A stretch of 64,000 nt of DNA from Sedimentisphaerales bacterium (GTDB lineage: Bacteria; Planctomycetota; Phycisphaerae; Sedimentisphaerales; SM23-30), in the NCBI GenBank assembly GCA_963663965.2, contig CAXXFK010000038.1:51958-115957 (forward strand), given 5' to 3'. The notes beneath the pieces were generated by a model that was not told the DNA's origin, did not search any database, and was given only the letters and a program-made list of their open reading frames with translations. Below, piece after piece: positions 8,923-18,666 of this stretch (the stretch's first letter is position 1; every line of letters starts with the position of its first letter). Both the position numbers and the translations under genes were made by a program.

Positions 8923-9864
8923 ATGGAAGTACAAGTAAAGAACCTGGTAAAGGATTTTGGCAAGACCCGCGCGGTTGACGATTTAACTTTTTCCTTTTCG
9001 AGCGGTAACGTTTTTGGTTTTGTCGGTCCGAACGGGGCGGGCAAGACGACAACGATCCGTATCCTGGCCACCCTGCTGGAACCCTCGGAAGGCGACGCGT
9101 TTATCGACGGGTATTCGGTGGTTCAGGATCCGGAGAAGGTGCGGACCCGGCTGGGCTATATGCCGGATACCCTGCCCACCCACGCGGACATGACGGTTCG
9201 GGATTATGTGGATTTTTACGCGCGGGCCTCGGGCGTGTCGCCTAAGCGTCGTAAGGCAGTGGTGGAAGGGGTCGAAGCGTTTACCAATCTGACGGGGATC
9301 CGGCAGAAGTTTTTGAAGGATTTGAGCAAGGGAATGAAACAGCGGGTGTCACTGGCCCGGTCGCTGGTCCATGATCCGGCAGTATTGATACTGGATGAGC
9401 CGGCCGCCGGGCTCGATCCACGGGCCCGGATTGAATTGCGCGAATTGCTGAAAGTACTGGCGGAGCAGGGCAAGGCGATCCTGATCAGTTCGCATATTCT
9501 GTCGGAGCTGTCGGAAATCTGTCATGGCGCGGTGATTATCGAACAGGGCCGCCTGCTGCACGCGGGGAATATCGAGGAACTGCAACAGGGTTTGTCGGCG
9601 CAGAAGAAAGGGCATGCGGTAACGATACGCACTCAGGATAATCAACATGAGGCGCTGCATAAATTTTTGATTCAGCAGCCGAAGGTGGAAGAAGCGCTGT
9701 TGAATCCCAATAATGTCCAGATCCAGTTTTCCGGGACGAATAGCGACGCGGCGGATCTGATCAAGCGCCTGGTGGCGGCGGAAATTCCCATTATCGAGTT
9801 CCGGCATGAGAAGACCAGCCTTGAAGACATTTTCATGAAGATTACCAAAGGAGGCGTTCAATGA
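8923..9864 (+). CDS. ABC-2 type transporter ATP-binding protein
   Basis: GPNGAGKTT, LSKGMKQR, LILDEPAAGLDP, ISSHIL, C-terminal SLEDIFM. Confidence 0.95.
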   Translation: MEVQVKNLVKDFGKTRAVDDLTFSFSSGNVFGFVGPNGAGKTTTIRILATLLEPSEGDAFIDGYSVVQDPEKVRTRLGYMPDTLPTHADMTVRDYVDFYARASGVSPKRRKAVVEGVEAFTNLTGIRQKFLKDLSKGMKQRVSLARSLVHDPAVLILDEPAAGLDPRARIELRELLKVLAEQGKAILISSHILSELSEICHGAVIIEQGRLLHAGNIEELQQGLSAQKKGHAVTIRTQDNQHEALHKFLIQQPKVEEALLNPNNVQIQFSGTNSDAADLIKRLVAAEIPIIEFRHEKTSLEDIFMKITKGGVQ

Positions 9865-11345
9865 TCGGGCCACGCTGGCACCATACAGGCGTTCTGTCCA
9901 ACCCGGTGATGATCAAGGAGCTGCGCCAGACGGTCAAAGGCAAAATGGCTGTTCTGGGCATGAATTTCATGTTAATCGTCCTGATCGTGATATTTTCCAT
10001 TTCCCTGCTGAATTTCGACGAGAATGAGAATTTTGGCCGGAACATGTTTTACGGCGTGGTTTCGGTATTAGGCATTATCTGCCTGATTGTCGTGCCGATG
10101 AACCTGTTTAACCGGACCGGCGCGGAACGGGATCCGGAGGATCAGGACCTGATGTACATTACCGCCTTATCCCCGCATAAAATTGTGCTGGGAAAGTACG
10201 CGGCCGGGATCCTGGTTGTATTGCTTTATGGCTGCGCGTCGTTGCCCTTTATCGCATTTACCTATCTGCTGAAAGGAGTGGATTTTCTGGCGATCGGGCT
10301 GGCGCTGGGTCATGGCTTTTTGATGGTATTTCTCAGCATTCAGATGGCGATTTTGCTGGGGTGTCTGCCCATGAATAAAAAATCGCGGGTTGGATTCATG
10401 GGATTTGGGGTGGTATTCTTCTGGATTATTTTATCCATGGGTGTTCCCTTCAGTCTGTCGAGGCGGGGAATGGGAGTGCCTTTTATCGGTGCATTGACAG
10501 TGAATTTCTGGTTCAGCACCATGGTCATCGTTTTTCTAGTCGTGTTAATTTACCTGTTGACGATCGCGCGTCTGAAGCCGCTGACGGCCAACCGGGCTTT
10601 CGTGCCGAGAGTGTATCTGAGCGGAATGTGGCTTTTGGGATTGATCGGTATCGTCTTAACGCGAAACGTGGTTCTGTTTCATCTGTGGTTGATCCTATTT
10701 TATGGCATTTCGCTGTTTTCCCTGATTCTGGCTACCAGTGAACGTGATCGGATCAGCGCGCGGATCCGCAGAGGGATCCCGGATGGACCGGGTCGGGTTC
10801 CGGCGTTTTTATTTTTCAGCGGATCGGGTTCGGGAATCCTGTGGTCATTGATTACGCTGGCCGGAACGCTTGGATTCAGTTATTTTTTGGGTCACCTGGG
10901 ATGGTTTACAGCTTATTTTCCCGTGGGTCCGTTTGTGAATGACTATTTGCCGCGATTTGTCATGTCGGCTTTGTCAGTGACCGGTTACAGTCTGATTTTT
11001 TATGGTTTGACCCGACTGTTAAGGCGGGAGAACCTGATGACCAAGACCTGGGCGCTAACTGTTGCTATAATGTTTATTATCGCGGCGATCACTGGCATTC
11101 TGGTTGAATCGGTTGAAAAGCCCAAAGACCTTTATATCGCGACTCCGCTTTGTGGTGTCTTTCTTAAGTCGGATGATCTTTTTTTAATCCTCCTGTGGAG
11201 CTGGGCCGGGATCGCTTTGTTGCCATCGCTGCTAATCGTCATTAAACAATTCAGGGCATTTAAACCCTTATCCGATCAATCCATTGCCGCCCCGGTTCCC
11301 TCCGTTTCCCCGAAAGTTGACGATCATGAAGTTCCGGTTCAATAA
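9861..11345 (+). CDS. ABC-2 type permease, paralog 1
   Basis: Multi-TM; NPVMIKELRQ, AER...DLMYITALSPHKIVLGK. Confidence 0.85.
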   Translation: MIGPRWHHTGVLSNPVMIKELRQTVKGKMAVLGMNFMLIVLIVIFSISLLNFDENENFGRNMFYGVVSVLGIICLIVVPMNLFNRTGAERDPEDQDLMYITALSPHKIVLGKYAAGILVVLLYGCASLPFIAFTYLLKGVDFLAIGLALGHGFLMVFLSIQMAILLGCLPMNKKSRVGFMGFGVVFFWIILSMGVPFSLSRRGMGVPFIGALTVNFWFSTMVIVFLVVLIYLLTIARLKPLTANRAFVPRVYLSGMWLLGLIGIVLTRNVVLFHLWLILFYGISLFSLILATSERDRISARIRRGIPDGPGRVPAFLFFSGSGSGILWSLITLAGTLGFSYFLGHLGWFTAYFPVGPFVNDYLPRFVMSALSVTGYSLIFYGLTRLLRRENLMTKTWALTVAIMFIIAAITGILVESVEKPKDLYIATPLCGVFLKSDDLFLILLWSWAGIALLPSLLIVIKQFRAFKPLSDQSIAAPVPSVSPKVDDHEVPVQ

Positions 11346-12837
11346 TCTAGTCTATACCACCATTGCCAATCCGGTCATGATCAAAGAGTTGCGTCAGACC
11401 GTCAAGGGACGGTTGACCATCCTGGGAACCCAGTTGCTCATGGGGGTTTTGCTGGTGGGGACCTGGTTGTTTTTAACAGAATATAAAAATGACCGGTATT
11501 CAGCGGAGGGCATGGGGCAGAACGCTTTTGCCGCGATACTCATCGTCCTGTCCATTATCTGTTGGGGGATTATGCCATTGATCCTCTATTTTCGTACCAG
11601 CGCGGAACGCCGTCCGGAAGATTTCGATCTGATGTACATCACCCGGCTGACGCCGCATGACTTTGTGCTGGGTAAGTATATGACCGCGCTGTCGCAGATT
11701 TTTCTTTATCTGTTTACCTGTCTGCCCTTTTTGACGTTGCCATATCTGTTTGAGGGGATCGATATTTTCACCATGTATCGCGCCGTGGTCCAGATTGTCA
11801 TCGCGACCATTCTGGCGGCCCAGATTGCTATTCTGCTGGGAACGATACCTAAAAAGAAATTTCTTTTATTTTTATTCGCAGCCGCCTATGGCTTCATGGT
11901 TTTCGGGATGATCGTCGGGATGGTAGAAGCATTTTTGCCATTTGTTTTTGGAGGGTATTCCCGCAGCGTGATGGATCCCTTGTGGAATTTATACGCGCTG
12001 TCGTTTGCGGTGTTGCTTTCGTTCGCTTTGTATATTTTGAATTACGCCTTTATCATGCCGGATACCGCGAACCGGGCAATGGGGCCCCGGCTTTATTTTA
12101 CAATGTTGTGGCTGGTATCCTATGGGATATTTTTTACCCTGACGATTGTGAAAAAGGATGATGAATATTATGGAATATGGACGGTGTTCGCATGGTTCGT
12201 CAGTTGTGTCACGCTTTTGTTTGGTATCAGCGAGCGGGACCGTTTGAGTCCGCGAGTGACCAAAACTATTCCAAAGGGGCCGCTACGGTGGCTGGTTTTT
12301 CCGTTTTACAGCGGATCCGGTCCCGGGATTCTCTGGTCACTTGGCATGATTTTTTTAACTATTTCGACTGGGTATTTGACAGGCTATGGTTTGGACCGGT
12401 TCAACATCATCGAGCTTGAATCCTATGTCATCCATTTGTTTTCATCCATCACGGTGACATCGCTGATTATGGTCTTTTACTGTTTACTGGTCTATTATAT
12501 TACCCGCAGTATCAATGCGCGCGATTTGAAAGGCAATGCCTGGCTGATTACTTTGATTCTGGTTGCCTCGCTGTCCTTATTGATCTGGTTTCTGGATGAG
12601 GCTTTCTCCTGGGGCGATAGCGATTTGATTTATCTTTTGAGTCCGTTCGGGGCGATGGTTTTTCAAGAGGACTCGGACATCAAGGGATTATTGGGATTTA
12701 TTGCCATGGTGTTGTGTTGCGGCGTGGGTGTCTTGAGTATGAAACATATTGGTCCTCAGATCATCCGATTTCGCCGGACACTACCGGCTTTGTACGCTGA
12801 GCGTGAGTCGGTTGAGTCCAGTGAGGTGGCGACATGA
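11326..12837 (+). CDS. ABC-2 type permease, paralog 2
   Basis: Multi-TM; NPVMIKELRQTVKG, AER...DLMYITRLTPHDFVLGK. Start moved to ATG 11326. Confidence 0.85.
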   Translation: MKFRFNNLVYTTIANPVMIKELRQTVKGRLTILGTQLLMGVLLVGTWLFLTEYKNDRYSAEGMGQNAFAAILIVLSIICWGIMPLILYFRTSAERRPEDFDLMYITRLTPHDFVLGKYMTALSQIFLYLFTCLPFLTLPYLFEGIDIFTMYRAVVQIVIATILAAQIAILLGTIPKKKFLLFLFAAAYGFMVFGMIVGMVEAFLPFVFGGYSRSVMDPLWNLYALSFAVLLSFALYILNYAFIMPDTANRAMGPRLYFTMLWLVSYGIFFTLTIVKKDDEYYGIWTVFAWFVSCVTLLFGISERDRLSPRVTKTIPKGPLRWLVFPFYSGSGPGILWSLGMIFLTISTGYLTGYGLDRFNIIELESYVIHLFSSITVTSLIMVFYCLLVYYITRSINARDLKGNAWLITLILVASLSLLIWFLDEAFSWGDSDLIYLLSPFGAMVFQEDSDIKGLLGFIAMVLCCGVGVLSMKHIGPQIIRFRRTLPALYAERESVESSEVAT

Positions 12838-13700
12838 CCGGGACATATGATGAGTATCTGGCGCGTGGCATGCAAGCCGGTTTGCGCTATAGGCTGGCGC
12901 CACCACGGCATATTCCGCAAGGCCTGATGGGAGAACAACTGGGAAACCGGCCCGGTAGTTCGCTGGAATTTATGGATCATCGCGACTATCTTCCGGGCGA
13001 TGATTTGCGCCGGATCGACTGGTCGGCTTATGCCCGAAGCGATAAATTAACCGTCCGGCTCTACCGTGAAGAGATCAATCCCCATCTGGATATTATTCTG
13101 GATGGATCGATGAGCATGGCGTTATCCGGGACGGAAAAGCCGGGCAGTTCGGTGGCGATTGCCGCGATGATGGCCCAGGCGGCCGCGAATGCCGGATTCA
13201 GTTATAAACTCTGGCTGGCATCGGACTATTGTATCGATTTACCGGGTGGCTCGGGTCTACCGACTCACTGGCAGGGGATCCAGTTCAATTATCGCGGTTC
13301 ACCGGTTGATTCACTGTCGCATCCAACGGGCCGGATGAGGTCGCGGGCGATGCGGCTGTTGATCAGTGACTTGCTCTGGGCGGGGGATCCGATGCAACCG
13401 ATGCTGCAACTCAGCCGGGACGCGTCATCCGTTTTCGTGATACAGGTTCTGGCGACGGTGGATATCGAACCGCCGGGCCCGGGCAATTTGCGTCTGCTGG
13501 ATTCGGAAACCGGGCAGTTGTTAGAAGTCTATATTGATACCGCCGCCCGGCAGCAGTATCTTGACCGGCTGGCGCGGCATCAGCAACTGTGGCAGCAGGC
13601 CTGTCAGCATTGCGGCGCCGCGATGACGGTTGTGACAGCCGAGTCGTATTTACAAACATTTGAACTGAAAGATTTTATCGTTAATGGCATCATACAATAG
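12834..13700 (+). CDS. DUF58 domain protein
   Basis: GSSLEFMDHRDYLPGDDLRRIDWSAYAR, LDGSMSM, LISD. Confidence 0.93.
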   Translation: MTGTYDEYLARGMQAGLRYRLAPPRHIPQGLMGEQLGNRPGSSLEFMDHRDYLPGDDLRRIDWSAYARSDKLTVRLYREEINPHLDIILDGSMSMALSGTEKPGSSVAIAAMMAQAAANAGFSYKLWLASDYCIDLPGGSGLPTHWQGIQFNYRGSPVDSLSHPTGRMRSRAMRLLISDLLWAGDPMQPMLQLSRDASSVFVIQVLATVDIEPPGPGNLRLLDSETGQLLEVYIDTAARQQYLDRLARHQQLWQQACQHCGAAMTVVTAESYLQTFELKDFIVNGIIQ

Positions 13701-13734
13701 ACATCATCATTCTGCAGGATCAAGATAACCAACA

Positions 13735-15570
13735 ATGGCCATATTCGGATTTCCATTAGCATTCTGGGCGCTTAGTTCACTGCCGGTATTGGGCGCGATC
13801 TACTGGCTGCGCAACCGTTATCGAAATGTGACAGTCAGTTCGCTACTGTTATGGGATCAATGTTCCCTGGCCCGGGAGGGCGGTCGAAAATTCCAGCGGA
13901 TACAGACGGCGTTGCTGTTTTACCTGGAACTGGCCATTTTATCGTTAACGGCACTGGCCGCCACGGCGCCGTTATTTCCCCTGGGGGGAAAGGTTCGCCA
14001 TTTGGTAGTGGTACTGGATGATTCCTGGTCGATGCAGGCCGTTAATGACGGCAAGAGCTTTCGTCAGGCCGGTCTGGAAAAAGTCATGGATGAATTTCTG
14101 GCGTATCGACACACGCGCGCCACGGTGATTCTGGCCGGGCATACGGTTCGTCAGGCCGGCAGTCATATTTCCAGCAAAGCGGAACTCATCCAAGCGATGG
14201 ATCAATGGCGATGTCAGTCTGATCGTGTCGACTGGGCGCAAGCGATCACTTTGTCAACGGGACTGGCGCAAGGCTGGACGGATATTCTGGTTATCAGTGA
14301 CCATTACCCTGCCGTAGAACCGCAGGGCAATAGCGGGATCCTCTGGCATGCCGTTGGCAGTGAAGTATCTAATCTGGCGATCACCGGGGCATTTCTCAGT
14401 CAGACCGATACGGGCCAACGGCTGGTGGTTGAAGTATCCAATCTGTCCGGTCAGGATACACGAAGCGCACTCACTGTGGGTGTTGAAAACGAAGATCCGG
14501 CCAAGGGGATATCGCGACAGCCGGTAGAACTTTCCGCCCATAGTGTCAAAAGGCTGGTCTTGAGCCTGCCAGATTCCGACAAACCGGTCGGTGTCCAATT
14601 GAAGGGTCAGCGAACGGATGGGCTGTCCGTGGATGATGATGTCGTTTTAATCCCTTTCGTTCGTAAAAAATTACCGGTCACCGTAGCATTAACCAATACG
14701 GATGTCATCCAGTATCTTATCCCGGCGCTGGACGCCAGCGAATTGTGTTCGATGGGCGTGGACTCTCCGGAATTGGTGATAACGGATAATTCGACCCAGC
14801 TGGGTCAGTCCACCGGCCCATGGCGATTGTGTATTCTCAACGAATCCGATGCGGTTCCCATCAATGGGCCGTATCTCACTGATGCAAGTTCGCCCTTGCT
14901 GGAGGGCACGCAGTTCAAGCAAGTGGTATGGGGCGCGGCACGGATCGAAGAATCTGCCGGAGACGCTCAAACGTCCCATCCGGCTTATCAAGGCCGGCCT
15001 CTGATCATGGCCGGCGATGTACCCCTGCTGACAGAATATGTCCGGCGCGACGGGCGGCTGGATTTTCTGATGCGCTGGAATCCAGACTATTCCAATTTAC
15101 AAAACGACATCAATTTTCCAATTATGATCACCAACTGTATCCGAATGTGCATCGCCTCGCGCCCAGGCCCGCAGCGGCCAAACTATGCCGTGGGAGATAT
15201 TATCGATCTGAATCTGCCAGAGGGCGCCGCCAGAATTGTTGTCAGCAATCCCTCCGGGAAGCAGTCGGAATATGATCTGGCACAATATGATTCTCGTCAG
15301 TTTTCCCTGTCGGCTGAGGAAAAAGGGATCTATCAATTTTCACTTTATGACGCGGAGGGCAAGGAACGCATCTATCCAGTCGCCGCCAACTGTCTGGCCC
15401 GTTCAGAATCCGATCTGAATGAATGTTCCAAGGGAGAGGTTGGCGGCTGGCAGGTGGAAACGCAGGCTGACGCCGTCTATCAAAAAGGTTCATGGCTGTT
15501 GGTGCTGGCGGCCCTGGTATTGCTGGCGCTCCATCATGTTTTAATGGCGCGGGGGAGAGTGCGGCAATGA
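13735..15570 (+). CDS. BatA N-terminal domain + VWA domain protein
   Basis: BatA-like N-terminus (LPVLGAIYWL...VSSLLLW), MIDAS-like LDDSWSM, C-terminal ESDL plus TM helix. Confidence 0.85.
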   Translation: MAIFGFPLAFWALSSLPVLGAIYWLRNRYRNVTVSSLLLWDQCSLAREGGRKFQRIQTALLFYLELAILSLTALAATAPLFPLGGKVRHLVVVLDDSWSMQAVNDGKSFRQAGLEKVMDEFLAYRHTRATVILAGHTVRQAGSHISSKAELIQAMDQWRCQSDRVDWAQAITLSTGLAQGWTDILVISDHYPAVEPQGNSGILWHAVGSEVSNLAITGAFLSQTDTGQRLVVEVSNLSGQDTRSALTVGVENEDPAKGISRQPVELSAHSVKRLVLSLPDSDKPVGVQLKGQRTDGLSVDDDVVLIPFVRKKLPVTVALTNTDVIQYLIPALDASELCSMGVDSPELVITDNSTQLGQSTGPWRLCILNESDAVPINGPYLTDASSPLLEGTQFKQVVWGAARIEESAGDAQTSHPAYQGRPLIMAGDVPLLTEYVRRDGRLDFLMRWNPDYSNLQNDINFPIMITNCIRMCIASRPGPQRPNYAVGDIIDLNLPEGAARIVVSNPSGKQSEYDLAQYDSRQFSLSAEEKGIYQFSLYDAEGKERIYPVAANCLARSESDLNECSKGEVGGWQVETQADAVYQKGSWLLVLAALVLLALHHVLMARGRVRQ

Positions 15571-18434
15571 TTTTGTTCGAACCCATCTGGTTGATTTTAA
15601 TGATCCCGGCGCTGGTCTGTTTGTATTACTGGCGTATGCCCGGACGGTTGCTGGCAGTATTGCGAATTATCCTGGTTGCGTTGTTGATCCTGATTATGAC
15701 AGATCCGGCCTTGCGTCTGGGTGACCGCCGAGGCACTGTGGTGGTGATTGCCGACCGGAGCGCTTCCATGCCGCCGGATTCGCAAGAAAGCATGGTCGAA
15801 GCAATCCATATTGTCCAGGATGATATGCCAAACGGGAACTCGCTGGCAGTCGTTTCATTCGGTGAACAAGCGATCATTGACAAAACTCCGCAAAGTCAGC
15901 ATTTTGAGGAATTAATCGCCAATGTCAATCCTGACGGTTCCAATCTGGCTGATGCCCTGAACAAGGCCGTATCCCTGATCGACCGGGATGCTTCGGGCCG
16001 GATTCTGGTTTTCAGCGATGGACGCTGGACAGGCTCGTCGCCCAATGTGATCGCCTCGACCATGGCTTCGCGACACATCGCGATGGACTACCGGATATTT
16101 GAACGGCAACAAGGTCGAGATCTGGCGATAATGGACGTGGTCGCGCCACAGAAAGTTTCGCCCGGCCAGGCCTGGCTGATCAATGCCTGGATCAACTGTC
16201 CGGAACCGGTGGAAGTGAATTATGAACTCATCCGCGGGAATCTGATCATTGGTCGCGGTTCCCGACCACTGAAGTCAGGCCTTAACCGGCTGACCTTTCG
16301 TGACCGGGCCGGAGATTATGGCGTGTATGATTATCAATTGAAAATTGACGGCTACGCGGACGACCCGGTTGCCCAGAATAATTACGCCCGATTTCTGACC
16401 CAGATCGATGTCAACCGTCCCCTGCTGGCGCTCGGTCAGACCGGGCAGTCCGGACTGGTCAATCTATTGCAGAAAGACGGTATTCCGGTCGTGCGTCAGG
16501 AAACCGCCGAAATGGGATTTACCCTGGATGAACTGGCAGGCTATTCCGCCATCCTCATAGAAGATCTCGATGCCGGTGAAATAGGGCCGGGTGGCATGGA
16601 AAATATCGCCGCATGGGTTACGGACACCGGCGCCGGTGTCATCATGACCGGCGGCCCGCACAGTTACGGTCCGGGCGGGTATTTCCGTTCTCCGCTTGAG
16701 CCGATCATGCCGGTCAGCATGGAGCTGCGCCGCGAACATCGCAAGCTCAATATGGCCATTGTGGTCGTGCTGGATCGCTCCGGCAGTATGTCTGTATCGG
16801 CAGACGGAATCAAGACCAAGATGGATCTGGCGAACGCGGCTTCCGCCGAGGTGCTGGGGTTATTGTCGCCCGGCGATGAAATGGGCGTTATTGCCGTTGA
16901 CAGCGCGGCTCATATCATCGCCGACTGTAAACCGATCGGAGAAAATGTGGCCGGATTACGGCAGAAAATTCTTTCGATCGAGTCCACCGGAGGGGGAATT
17001 TTCGTTTATGAAGGCCTGATCCATGCCGCTTCGCTACTATCGGGCGCCGAATCAGAGACCAAACACATTATTCTATTTGCCGACGCGGCCGATTCCGAAG
17101 AACCGGGCGATTATAAAAATCTGATCGCGAAATGCCGACAGGCCGGAGTGACGGTCAGTGTGATCGGACTGGGCAGCGAAAAGGATCAGGACGCGGATTT
17201 GCTGCGCGATATCGCGTTGCGAGGCGAGGGGCGGTGTTTCTTTACGCAAAACGCGCTGGATTTACCCCGTCTGTTTGCCCAGGATACTTTTATGGTGGCC
17301 CGTAACAGTTTTATTAATGAACCGGTTGCGTTTGAGTTCAAGGCCGGCATTGACACCTTGATGGATATTGACACCGCCGGCGATCATCGTGTTGGCGGTT
17401 ATAATCTCTGTTACATCCGACCTGAAGCGACACTCTCCGCGGTCACGCTGGATGGATATGACGCGCCCATTCTTGCCCACTGGCAGGCCGGTATTGGCCG
17501 GGCGGCGGCATTCTGCGCCCAGGCGGATGGCAATTATGCCGGTCAACTGGCGCAATGGTCAGAGGCGGGGCGACTTTATAGTTCGCTGGCCCGCTGGGCG
17601 ATTGGCGATCCACAGGGTTTGGGACAGAACATTCTGGTCACCCAGGAAATTAACAAGGGTATCTGTCAGGTGCAGATTCACATTGATTCCCGGCTGGACC
17701 GGTTGCCGTTCAGTGAACCGCCGGTGGTTAATGTCCTGCGCGAACGGCCGGGCCGGGAGCCGGCCAGAGAGCAACTCCGGTCCACATTGATCAGCGCCGA
17801 TAAGTTTGCCGTAGATATTCCCTTAAGCAGTGACAAGACGGTGCTGGCTACTGTAGACGCCGGTGCCACCGGTAACGTGACGCTGCCGCCGGTCTGTTTA
17901 CCTTATTCTCCGGAATATCTCCCGGAAGACGCCGTTGGCGGTCAGGAGACATTGCAGCGTTTAAGTCGCATGACCGGAGGAGGGCGACTGGCTGACCTGA
18001 CTGGAATCTGGGATTCGTTGGAAGGCCGTCCGGTCTATGTCGATATGACTCCATGGCTGGCCATGGTGGCGATTGTGCTGTTTCTGCTGGAAATTCTTGA
18101 GCGTCGAACGGGTGTCCTGTCAATGCGGCCAGTCAAACGCTGGCTGGAAAGGAGAAAAGCCAAAGGTCTCCAACCCGCAGTGGCGCTGGAATCCACGGAG
18201 GAATCCACTGAAACCGAGAAGCGTGTTTTGCCGGTCAAGCCCAAAAGGGGATATTGGGACATCCTGTCAAAAGTGAAAATCAGACATCAATCATCTACCG
18301 AGCAAAAAGCTGAAAGTTCCCCCAGAAAAGATCAGCAACCCATCACAAAGCCGGTTGCGCCTCCCCAACCGACAGAAGCTGATTCAGGAGAAGGATTGTT
18401 GGATGCGTTAAATAAAATCAAACGCAAGCATTGA
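15567..18434 (+). CDS. Double-VWA membrane protein with glutamine-amidotransferase-like domain
   Basis: MIDAS motifs ADRSASM and LDRSGSM; GAGVIMTGGPHSYGPGGY...LEPIMPV; C-terminal TM and low-complexity tail. Start ATG 15567 overlaps previous stop. Confidence 0.88.
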   Translation: MILFEPIWLILMIPALVCLYYWRMPGRLLAVLRIILVALLILIMTDPALRLGDRRGTVVVIADRSASMPPDSQESMVEAIHIVQDDMPNGNSLAVVSFGEQAIIDKTPQSQHFEELIANVNPDGSNLADALNKAVSLIDRDASGRILVFSDGRWTGSSPNVIASTMASRHIAMDYRIFERQQGRDLAIMDVVAPQKVSPGQAWLINAWINCPEPVEVNYELIRGNLIIGRGSRPLKSGLNRLTFRDRAGDYGVYDYQLKIDGYADDPVAQNNYARFLTQIDVNRPLLALGQTGQSGLVNLLQKDGIPVVRQETAEMGFTLDELAGYSAILIEDLDAGEIGPGGMENIAAWVTDTGAGVIMTGGPHSYGPGGYFRSPLEPIMPVSMELRREHRKLNMAIVVVLDRSGSMSVSADGIKTKMDLANAASAEVLGLLSPGDEMGVIAVDSAAHIIADCKPIGENVAGLRQKILSIESTGGGIFVYEGLIHAASLLSGAESETKHIILFADAADSEEPGDYKNLIAKCRQAGVTVSVIGLGSEKDQDADLLRDIALRGEGRCFFTQNALDLPRLFAQDTFMVARNSFINEPVAFEFKAGIDTLMDIDTAGDHRVGGYNLCYIRPEATLSAVTLDGYDAPILAHWQAGIGRAAAFCAQADGNYAGQLAQWSEAGRLYSSLARWAIGDPQGLGQNILVTQEINKGICQVQIHIDSRLDRLPFSEPPVVNVLRERPGREPAREQLRSTLISADKFAVDIPLSSDKTVLATVDAGATGNVTLPPVCLPYSPEYLPEDAVGGQETLQRLSRMTGGGRLADLTGIWDSLEGRPVYVDMTPWLAMVAIVLFLLEILERRTGVLSMRPVKRWLERRKAKGLQPAVALESTEESTETEKRVLPVKPKRGYWDILSKVKIRHQSSTEQKAESSPRKDQQPITKPVAPPQPTEADSGEGLLDALNKIKRKH

Positions 18435-18666
18435 CCGCCGGCGGGAGTTTGAACCGTGCGACCCTCCTCAAGCCAAACCGCGCTTTAGCTGAATACCAAC
18501 CCTATTATACCCAATGGGTATGAAAATTTCTGATCGCTCACAAGATAAGTTTTTATTCGTGTAGAACTTATATCACGGCCAAGCGAACATTTTCAATTGT
18601 AAGCAGTAAAACGTGAAAATCATTTAGCCGGGCACTCTGAATGGCAGGAATTTAACAAGGTGATCC

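Noticed and set aside
8923..9864. Missing T1SS ABC transporter for the RTX protein
   Set aside because: It is a soluble ABC-2 ATPase of the MoxR operon; the other ABC (52499..53212) is MacB-like. Neither is a HlyB-type fused exporter.
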